Positions 51,112-61,081 of a stretch of 64,000 bases of DNA are shown here, piece after piece. Origin of the DNA: Cenococcum geophilum (taxonomy: Eukaryota); contig CP158636.1 of assembly GCA_050273025.1 (NCBI GenBank), forward strand, positions 3,472,001-3,536,000, read 5' to 3'. Both the position numbers and the translations under genes were made by a program. Each line of letters opens with the position of its first letter. Position 1 is the stretch's first letter. A model generated the notes under the pieces. That model saw only the letters and a list, made by a program, of their open reading frames with translations. It ran no database searches and was not told the DNA's origin.

Positions 51112-54030
51112 AAAGCTATTTACTCTAGTATTAATAAGGGTAGTTATATTAATATTATATCTATTTTAAGATACTATATATAGAACCGTAAAGTATTTCC
51201 TACCTATTAACTAACTTAAATTAATCTCTTTAAGATTAATAGGGTACCCTAGGGGGGAGTCTTTCCCTAGGGTTCTTTTTTTCCTGACTTATTAGATGTC
51301 TTTTCTTCCTCTATCTCCTTAATATTACCTATATCCTTTAGCTCTAGGCAAAATAAGGCGAAGTAACTATCTTTATCGCAGTTATAGCATATAACCATAG
51401 CAGGGTTAATTAGAGTATTACAGCGATTGCTAGTTAAGGGCGTAGTATATAGTAGGTTAGGCGAGGCTTATAGATATATAGTAGTAACCGCTTTTAGAGT
51501 AGGGACCGTAATAGCTTATCTTCCTACTCTAGCTTCTATAGGTGTAGTTAACGGGTTCTAGGGTCGCTTTTACTAATTAGGGCGGGCGTTAATTTGCTTT
51601 AGTTTTAAATTTAATAATAGGCAATAAGCCGTAGGTCTTTTATAGTTTAGTAGGTCGTCTAAGGTTACTATAATCTTCTCTTACAGCCTAATTATTAGTT
51701 TATTATATAGGTCCAATTAGTAATTTTTAAAGGGGACTTAGCCTTTTTCTATAAGGTATAGGAATTAAGTCTAGAATTTAGCAAAGGGTTAGTTTGGTTT
51801 TATTATTAGGCAATTATAGTTATACTAGGTATCCTATACTTTGTTTAGGTTAACGTAAATAGCAGCTAGGTGCTATAGCATCTTATTAATAGATATAAAT
51901 TAGATAGAGGAATTGTCCTTAAACTTGGCTTAAAGGTGCTATTAGGCGTCCCCTATGGTTCGACTAAAGAGGTAGAGCATTTTGGCTTCTTTAGAAAGGA
52001 AATATTTATAATTAACGCGGAGCTTTCCTTGTACTTAAATTCTCTAATTCTTAAAAGTAGGGTTTATCCCATTAGATAGTAGTTAGGGGTTAAGGAGCTT
52101 AACGGACTTTAATTACTTTATTATTATATCCGTACTCTCTAGTATATTATATTTAGTTAAGTAAATAGGACGACTAAGACTTTTAGAAGGGGGAGCTAAG
52201 CTGCTTTATAGGGCTATAAGGCTATCTAGGATCTCTTATAGGGTCTCCTATATACTTTAAGCTTAGAGACAGTTAGCTTCCTAATTAGCCGTTAAGGCAC
52301 GAATCTGTTTATATACATCTATAATATTATTATTATTTTTAATTTCGGATCCCAATTAAATCTTATATTCTTCTTAGGTTAGGGCAGCTCTTTTAAATAA
52401 GCTTGCTTTAGGTGCCATTATTAGCTTCCTAAGGTTTATTAGTATCGCATGCTTTGGTTTTAATTCTAGGGGTATAGGTCCAGTCCTATTTAGCTAATAG
52501 AGTGGGATATTATAAGGGCCTTTCTAGGTAGTATAGAGTTGTTTTAGTGTCTAAGTATAGCGCGTTAACGCGTCGTTACAGACGAAGTTTCTTTTAGGGT
52601 GGGATATTATTAAGGCCTTCCTAGGCAGTGTAGGGTAAGCTTAGTATAATATAACGGCTCGTATAAATGCCTCTAAACTAAAGCTTATAGAATGCTATCT
52701 TATAAAGATACTAAGCTAAGGAGAAGAGGATAGGTGTGTGTAGAAGGTAGAGATGTAATATATACGCGTTATAACGCCAAGTCCTTAGCCAAACCCCTAA
52801 CTAGGCTCCCTATCTAGGTTACGCGTTATAGTGCCGTAATAATAATAATGCTAGCCGTAAATATATAGCTGTTACTAAACTTAAAAACCTATAATAACGG
52901 AACTAAGACTTTACTAGCTTCTTTTTAGAATTTTTAGGCCTTATTAGTGAGCTAGACTAGAATAAAGCCGCTAAAGTTACTGCCCTTTAATAAGCTATTT
53001 TGGATAAGATTAGAGCCTAGTTAGTAGGTAGAGAATTGCTAAAAGACCTATCCAAATTTGCTATAATATATTAACGAATTAATAAGGACCTTTAATATAA
53101 TAAATAGACTTATTCTCTAAAGCTAACTATACCTTATATTTAAAACTCTACGAAACTAGTATATACCCTAAAGCGCGATCCGTCTCTAAGACCTAAAAGC
53201 CTTATATATAATCCTATAGACCTTAATGCTACCTAATTCTATATACCCTTAGGAACTAATAAATAAAGAACTTAAACTGTAAATAGAGAATGCTTTAGAT
53301 ATAGTAAAAAGGGATATATTTAAAGGAATTATTAAACTTACCCTTTTAAAAAGGTCCGCCGTAGTTCCTCCTAATCCTTAAATTATACTTAGTCGCCGTA
53401 AAGTATTTTGCCTTTAATTAACTTAAAAAACGAATCGTCTTAGGGCTAAGTTACGCCTTAGGATAGAAAATAGAAGAGTATAAGTGTCTAGGCTTTTTTA
53501 GCGCTAACATATAATACAACTCCCTTAATATACTTAGCAAAATTTAAATATTAAAAAAAATAGAAGGAAGTATAAATCCTAATAGATAGCGGAGCTACTA
53601 GTATAGGCTTTATTAATATAAACTATATAAAAACTTAACGCCTAAATTTAAAGAAACTTAATAAGCCCTAAGGCCTATAAGGCTTTAATGGTAAACCCTT
53701 AATATATAGCAAACTAATGTACTACGCTCTTATAAAAATGTGGATAGGTAAATACCTTAAATACGTTTCCCTACATCAGGATTTTTTTTTTTGGGCACGT
53801 TGTTGCAAACGAAAATCGGGGTCAGCAAAACCTGCGTAAGTCGCAATTTTGGCAATTTGCGGCGATTTGCAGCAATTTGCTACAAACACATAGGCTACCT
53901 ATGCACGCGCCTGCCCTATCTATGTGTTTGTAGCAAATTGCTGCAAATTACCAAAATTGCGACTTACGCAGGTTTTGCAGACCCCGATTTTCGCTTGCAA
54001 CAACGTGCCTAAGGAAGAAATTCCTGATGC

Positions 54031-54868
54031 AGAGGCTCTGCACGAGGCTCTACACGGGGCTCTGCACGAGGCTTTACACAAAGCTCTGCACGAAGCTCTG
54101 CACGAAGCTCTACACGAAGCTCTATACAAAGCTCTGCGCGAAGCTCTACACGAAGCTTTGCACGAGGCTCTACACGAGGCTCTACACAAAGCTCTGCGTA
54201 CAGAGGCTCTGCACGAGGCTCTACACGAAGTTCTGCACGAATTCGTGCACGAAGCTCTGCACGAAGCTCTACACGAAGCTCTACACGAAGCTTTGCACGA
54301 TGCTCTACACGAAGCTCTGCACGAAGCTTTATACGAAGCTTTGCACGAGGCTCTACACGAGGCTCTACACAAAGCTCTGCGTACAGAGGCTCTGCACAAG
54401 GCTCTACACGAAGCTCTGTACGAAGCTCTGCACGAAGCTCTACACAAAGCTCTACACAAAGCTCTACACGAAGCTTTGCACGATGCTCTACACAAAGCTC
54501 TGCGTACAGAGGCTCTACACGAAGCTCTACACGAAGCTCTGCACGAAGCTCTGCACGAAGCTTTATACGAAGCTTTGCACGAGGCTCTACACGAGGCTCT
54601 ACACGAGGCTCTACACAAAGCTCTGCGTACAGAGGCTCTGCACAAGGCTCTACACGAAGCTCTGTACGAAGCTCTGCACGAAGCTCTACACAAAGCTCTG
54701 CACAAAGCTCTATATGAAGCTCTACACGAAGCTCTGCATAAAGCTCTACGAAGCTCTACACGAAGCTCTATATATAGAGGCTCTGCACGAGGCTCTGCGC
54801 AAAGCTCTACACGAGGCTCTGCGCGAAGCTCTGCATACGGAGGCTCTACACGAAGCTCTACACAAAGC
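54031..54868. repeat. 12-bp minisatellite (GARGCTCTRCAC)n with periodic 15-bp variant units
   Basis: Roughly 70 units visible directly; reads (EALH)n in one frame; variant AAAGCTCTGCGTACA recurs. Confidence 0.95.
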
Positions 54869-55035
54869 CTTTGTGTGCGCGCGACACACTACTATCGGGT
54901 CCCCGCTATATTCCCGATAGCCTCTACACGTGCCTCTGCCAAGTATACCCCCTATATACACCTAGGTAGCCACCTCATTTTTTACCCTTCCTTACATCCT
55001 CCCTACCTAGGAAGACACCAGAACGACAGCCAGCA

Positions 55036-55425
55036 GACGACCGTCGCCAGAGCTAGACGACCGTCAGAGCTAGACGACCGTCAGAGCCAGACGACCGTCG
55101 TCAGAGCCAGACAACTGTCGCCGGAGCCAGATGACCGTCGCCAGAGCTGGACGACCGTCATCAGAGCCAGACGACCGTCGTCAGAGCTAGACGACCGTCG
55201 CCGGAGCCAGATGACCGTCGCCAGAGCTGGACGACCGTCGCCGGAGCCAGATGACCGTCGCCAGAGCTAGACGACCGTCAGAGCCAGACGACCGTCGTCA
55301 GAGCTAGACGACCGTCGTTAGAGCTAGACGACCGTCGTCAGAGCTGGACGACCGTCGCCGTCGCCAGATAACCGTCGCCAGAGCTAGACGACCGTCGTCA
55401 TCGCCACACGACCGTCGCCAGAGCC
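55036..55425. repeat. ~20-bp minisatellite (GACGACCGTCGYCAGAGCYA)n
   Basis: About 19 tandem 17-23-bp units, each containing the near-palindrome GACGACCGTC. Confidence 0.92.
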
Positions 55426-55498
55426 ACACGACAACCGTTCAAACGACCAGCCAGCGAACACGATAAACGATTCAATCGATCGATCGAATCAAGGTGAC

Positions 55499-55655
55499 AT
55501 AGACAGGTAGGCACAGACAGGTAGGCACAGATAGGTAGGCATAGACGGGTAGGTATAGACAGACAAACAGGTAGGTAGGTAGGCAAGCAGGCAGGTAGGC
55601 AGGCAGGTAGGCAGGCAGGTAGGTAGGCAGGCAGGCAGGCAGGTAGGTAGGCAGA
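55499..55655. repeat. (CAGG/TAGG)n microsatellite tract
   Basis: Runs of GCAG/GTAG tetramers. Confidence 0.9.
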
Positions 55656-56222
55656 TGATTTAGAGCCTCCGCGAGAGGCTTCCCCCTTAACGCCTAAAGT
55701 AGATAGCTCTACATTTTATATAGTTATAATATAAATATATTTAAAAGTATACTACAGAAATCTATGGAAATATGTGATAATTTGGTTATTATATAATATA
55801 ATTATAATTTATATAGTTGCAATTTGTACAGTTTTTACAATTTGTACAATTTGTACAGTTTGCGCACCATTTATTTATAGGGTAGCGTTTTGCCGCAAAT
55901 TGCTATTAGATGCTGCAAATTTGTTACAAAACACGCAAATTGCTATTAGGGTGCTGCAAACTTGTTGCAAAACGTGCGTTTTGCGCAAATTGCTATCAAC
56001 CATATACATCTGCCGCGATCGTACAGTTTGCGGCAATTTGCCGCAAACCGCAACAACGACCCCAAAAAAAAAAATCCTGATGTATTTATAACGCCCTTAA
56101 AGTAATATAAAGTTATACTTAGATATAGATAGCTAAAGTAATATAACCCTTTAATTAGCTAGGTTAAAGAAACACTAAAGTTTTATATAACTTACTGCTG
56201 AAGTTATTACTTAAAATACTAT

Positions 56223-56390
56223 CCCTTATATAGATAATAACGCTCTATAAAATGAGGCCCATGCGCACTAATTAAAGAGGTGTATAAATAGGCGGCAAGT
56301 CGTTCTACCGCATCACTAAACCAAAACTCTTAAAAGTTTTAATGTTTTCGCGCATGGGCCACAAAATATAGCGCCCTATCCGTGTAAGGG
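56223..56390. mobile_element. 168-bp non-autonomous TIR element, CCC..GGG ends, AT duplication
   Basis: Left CCCTTATATAGATA..GGCCCCATGCGC vs right reverse complement CCCTTACACGGATA..GGCCCATGCGC; AT on both sides. Removal restores co-linearity with D (~12975-12995). Confidence 0.85.
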
Positions 56391-57488
56391 ATATGCCTTA
56401 TAAATATATATATAACTATTTAAATTTAATATAATACGAATTACCCCTACTATAAACTTTAAAATAAAACAATAAGGCTATAACTGCTAACTATAGTAAA
56501 GAAAATAAAGATGTTATACTAAAACTTTTTAAAATTTGTATAATATAAGCCGTACCTTTTATTTTATTAGTAAGAAAACGAGACTATAAAATCTTTATTA
56601 TAATAATAGAAGATATTAAGAAAGCGCTAGAACTAAAGTAATATATTAACCCTTAACCTCTTATACCTAAAGAGTACTATAATTTAATTAATAAGTTTAA
56701 AAAATAATTCGTAGACTAACTGCCCCCGTATTAGGATAAATATAATTTTAAGATAAAACTTAAACCTAGTACGTTACTAAAGTTTGGTCCGCTATATAGA
56801 CTATTATAAGAAGAGCTACTTATAATATAATAATACCTTAAGAAACATCTAGAAAAAGGATTTATCCGCCCTAATTAATTACTATTTACCTTATCTGTAC
56901 TATTCGTTAAGAAGCTAAAAAAGGCTTAAGATTCTGTGTTAATTACTAAGCTTTAAATATAATTACGATTTAAAACTAGTATCTAATTCCCCTAATTTAA
57001 GAGACGCTTAACCGCTTAATAAAAGTATAATATTCCATAAAGCTTAATATAGTCGCTGCCTTTAATTAAATTCGCGTTTATAAAGGAGATAAAAAGTATA
57101 TAGCCTTCCGTATATAATAGGGACTCTTTAAATACCTAGTAATGCTATTTAGTATAGAGAACGGTTCCAGTATATTTTAGCAATATGTTAATAATACGCT
57201 TCGTAAATTCCTTAATATATTTATTACCGCATATATTAATAATATTTTAATCTACTTATCTTTGCTTTTAAATATTAAAAATATACCCAAATAGTTCTTA
57301 AACGCCTACGAGACGTAGGCCTATAATGCGATATTAAGAAATGCAAATTCTATACATTTAAAGTTCTATATTTAGGCCTAATTATATCCCATAATATAAT
57401 TAAAATAAACCCTAAGAAAATTGCTATAATTGTAAATTAGGAAAGTCCTAGTAACGTATAAGATATTTAAGAATTTCCAGGATTTATA

Positions 57489-60400
57489 TATGTATAATTA
57501 TAGCACCTAGTACACGAACGCGTATTTACGCGCTCGTGCACCAACCACCTATATGCTAACTAATTAGGGGGGAGGCGCGTCAGTATATAGACCACGTAGT
57601 CTACCTCAATAGAATCGACAGTCACCACTATCCCAAAGAGTATACGATACTATACGTATTTCGTGCCCTGGGATATAACTTACTTATACCATTAAATTGG
57701 TACAAATACTAATTAGTAAGCGCGCACAGATTAGCAATCACTTAACACCTCCCCCTAAGCGATCACGACAGCGACCACCCGTTTAGACTCCTAGTACGAC
57801 CTACTAAAAGGTCGGAAGTCGGGGATTACGGACTTATTACCAACTCCGTATACTTATTTAAGTCTTAGTACGGTTTACTAAAAGTATAATAAACGTAAAT
57901 ATAGACCTGTATAGAACCTCTTACCCTTCTACAAACCGTTATAGACTTATTAATTACCTTTACGGACCGTTACGGAGACCTCCTACTCCTTTACAAACTA
58001 CTACGGACCTGTTAAGACCCCTTACGGACACCCTCACCCTTCTATAAACCGCTACAGACCCATTAACCAATTTTACGGACTACTATAAGACCTCTTCTAC
58101 CTACTATATACTACACTATATATATAGTATAGCAGACATTAGCAAGCAAGTCAATAAAGGTTAAAAAAAAAAAGTGGAGGCAGGGAGTCAACCTTACGTC
58201 TATAACCGATGTCAATAACTATATTAAATTTAAAGTTCTCAAATACAAATATTTTAAGCTTATAAATAACGACCTATAGAAGTAATATTAGGAAGACTTT
58301 ACGGACTTTACGGAAGCCATTTTTAAGGCCTACAACCCTACTACTATCCGTAACCTACGAACCCTTTTACGTCACTAGGGCGTATAGGTTAAAAGAGATA
58401 AATAAGTTACTATTGTATAGTCTTTATATAATATAATATATAAGAAGGACCAAACAGAATAGACTAAAGAGGAAATCCTAAACCAGGTTAAAGCCACTAA
58501 AGAACTCTTTACTTCTTCCAAACTTAATAGGATTGCTAGCCTTATACCTAACCCACTTAACCAAATTCGTCCTATAAACCTAAGCAGTTTTAGAATTAAT
58601 CTTACGGGCTAAAGTACACCTAGTACTTAAGTTACGGACCGTAATACCCCCGTAAACCAAAATACGAACTAAAATACTTCCGTTACTTAAGTTACAAATC
58701 TATAAACTACCTAAGTAAAGACCTATAGCAAGGAGCTAGCTAACCTAGCTAAGCTCTATACCGATAAATCTAAGTATAGCGGTGAAAACGATAACTTTAA
58801 CTTTAAACTAACTATCTTTACGGACCTTTATTAGAAGGCCGATATTCCTAAATAGGAGTTTAGCTAAGCCTACTCTACCATACTACGCGGCCTAGCACTT
58901 AACTACTACTATATTAACCTTAAGAGCAACCCCCTTAGTATTCCCTTTAATAAGCTATGCAAAGCTATATATAACTACTTTAAAAAACCGGAATATAAGC
59001 GTAATATCCTTACCCAATAGAATGCGACTAAGTTACGGACCGTAATAAATAAGAACACTAAAAAATCAACCATAGAGTGCCTACAAATCCTTATTAAAGA
59101 CCTCCGCTACCTATAGCATGGTCTTAATATCAAGCTTTAAACGGACGACTTCCTGCATAATAAACTTATTACGGCTTGCTAGGAAATAAAACCCTACAAA
59201 TACGCCTATTATAAGCCCGCAGATACCATAGCTGGCCTTATTAACAATTTATAGTCCTCTATTATAATGTATAAAGCCTTAAACCCGCTAGGCAGCACTT
59301 AAACCTTTATTATAAATATTTAATATCCGCAAACAGACTTAGACGTCTACTTTACGGACCGCCGCTACCGCTAGTAGCACTTATACCGACTAAGTCCTAC
59401 CTATAAACCCCATAATAACCCCCGTACAAAAACATACCCCTATAGATAAACTAGCTAGAAGTACTTTGTATGCGGTAAGGAAGGATATTAGTTTATAAGG
59501 CATACCTAGAGAGAATGTAATAAGTCTAGAAAGAGACTTAATAGCCGTATTAACTAGTTTATCTCAGAGTATAAAGGAAAGGAAGTAGAGGAGTCTCTTA
59601 ACAAGTTAATAGAAGCCCTTATAATTAACTTTAACTTAAATACTTAGGAATAGGAGACCTTAGAGACATTTCTAACCACTTTTAGACCTTTTACGGACAG
59701 CTAAGCCTTTAATACTATAACCGTATTAGCCGACCGCTCCTTTATACACTTAATTATACCCAAAAACTGGCCCGTAAATACACCTACTAAACCCGTTACG
59801 GACATTATAGACCGTAAATAGGACCTATTTATATATATTACTACGGAACGCTATACCCCTAAAGAATTCTATAGCGTTATAATCAATATAGGTGCCTCTA
59901 AAAAGTCTACTATAGGTTACGGATAATACCTTATATATAAGACCACTACAAATAATAATACGGATATTAATACTATATAAACTGGGGCCGTAAACGTCTA
60001 ATTTGGCATTAGCTCAACCACATTAATTAGATTAGTTAAAGTTAAGACTCTAATTAGCCTAGTTAACTTCTATATAGTAAAAGCGGACACCCCTTTCCTA
60101 CTCTACCTTATAGACATAGATAGACTATAGGTTTACTATAACAATGTTACGGATACCCTAATTGGCCCCGTAACTGCCCTAAGAAGTAAAAATATTACCC
60201 TACCAATTATATAACGATTTAGACACCTATTCCTTATATAGGGAGAGACTTTATAGACCTATATTTAGAAATCTTTTAACTATAACCCATACTACCTCAC
60301 TAGTACGGAAATCCACCGCCTATACCGCCGTTTCGGCCACCTATTAGCCGAAAAGCTGCATAGAGTCCTTAAACATTCTAGACATAATAACGTTAATAGG

Positions 60401-61081
60401 AAGGCAATTAACCACCTAACTAAATACTACTCCTTCTGTTAGAAATACGGGCGTTCCCTAGGCCGATTTAAGTTTACTCTTTATAAAGACCTTAATTTTA
60501 ACCACTTAGTATACGTAGATATTATGTACATTAATGGTAGTCTAGTATTATATATAATTAACGAGGCAACCCGCTATTAAACCGCCTGTTAGTTACAAAA
60601 TATATCCACAAAATATACTTAAGACATTTTATAGACCTGCTAGATTAACACATATATTAAACCCCCTAAGTACATTACCTATAACGCTAGTAGGAACTTT
60701 ATTAGCAAGGAATTCTAACAGTACGCTATAGCTATAGCTATTTTAATAAAAGCTGTTTTAGTTAAGGCGTACTAGTCTGTTAGGCTTATTAAGCGAGCTT
60801 ATTTAGCTCTATAGAGAGCTTACTAGATTATTATAGACAAGTATAAGGACATCTAAAAGGAACTAGCTTTATAGATGGCCGTAAAAGCTATTAATAATAC
60901 CACTGGCCCTAACGGACTAGTATTTACCCTCTTAGTTTACGGAGCCTACCTAAGAATAAGCAACTTAGGCCCTTCTACCCCGTCTATTATAGAACGAGCA
61001 GCTGCAATATGGAAGGCAATAGCCGAAATAGTTAAATTACGGGCTAAACAAACTGTTAATAACGCCCTATACTACTATAAC
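57489..61081 (+). mobile_element. Copia N (GalEa-like lineage), 5' portion; interrupted by M and continuing beyond the window
   Basis: Putative 5' LTR 57489-57728 (T[G]TGT..GCACA). De-RIP gag knuckle KCFVCGKEGCW (~59460), protease IDTGAS (~59882), DTPFLLCL, integrase HRRFGH...CxxC and VDIMYI..LH.IDEATRY; order is gag-PR-INT. The LTR end is inferred from a single copy. Confidence 0.8.

Larger units (their letters stand above)
10634..52841 (-). mobile_element. Gypsy C: chromodomain-bearing LTR retrotransposon (~6.1 kb once inserts are removed) carrying seven nested insertions
   Basis: 192-bp LTRs 10634-10825 and 52650-52841; TSD GTAAT/ATAAT (one G>A); PPT at 10829-10840. Internal pieces give gag/PR (51117-52649), RT (42012-43335), RNase H-integrase (29004-29610, 17481-18636) and chromodomain YRVxWKGYD..TWYP (~17170-17560). 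Confidence 0.9.
53774..56082. mobile_element. L: 2309-bp non-autonomous TIR DNA element with TA duplication; composite, three TIR ends
   Basis: CATCAGGA(T)nGGG..CGTTGTTGC at the left and its reverse complement at the right; flanking TA at 53772-53773 and 56083-56084. The empty site TCCCTATTTATA is seen in paralogue D (~12841). An internal TIR end TCCTGATG sits at 54022-54029. Confidence 0.9.
9695..57488 (+). mobile_element. Gypsy B (same family as D), fragmented: 5' LTR 9695-10037, gag to 10633, resumes 52842-57488; 3' part lies beyond the window
   Basis: LTR and gag align by eye to D. The sequence after 52846 continues exactly where 10633 stops (D ~11895). Protease-RT region to 57488, interrupted by C, L, the 56223 mini-element and N. 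Confidence 0.88.

Noticed and set aside
53920..54961. Cys/Arg-rich (CRAS)n and (TKLY)n ORFs
   Set aside because: They are alternative frames and strands of the same 12-bp minisatellite.
55036..55425. CRISPR-like appearance of regularly repeated palindromic 20-mers
   Set aside because: The units are head-to-tail with no unique spacers, there are no cas genes, and the context is eukaryotic.
55499..55655. Telomere-like repeat
   Set aside because: The units are CAGG/TAGG tetramers, not TTAGGG, and lie inside element L.
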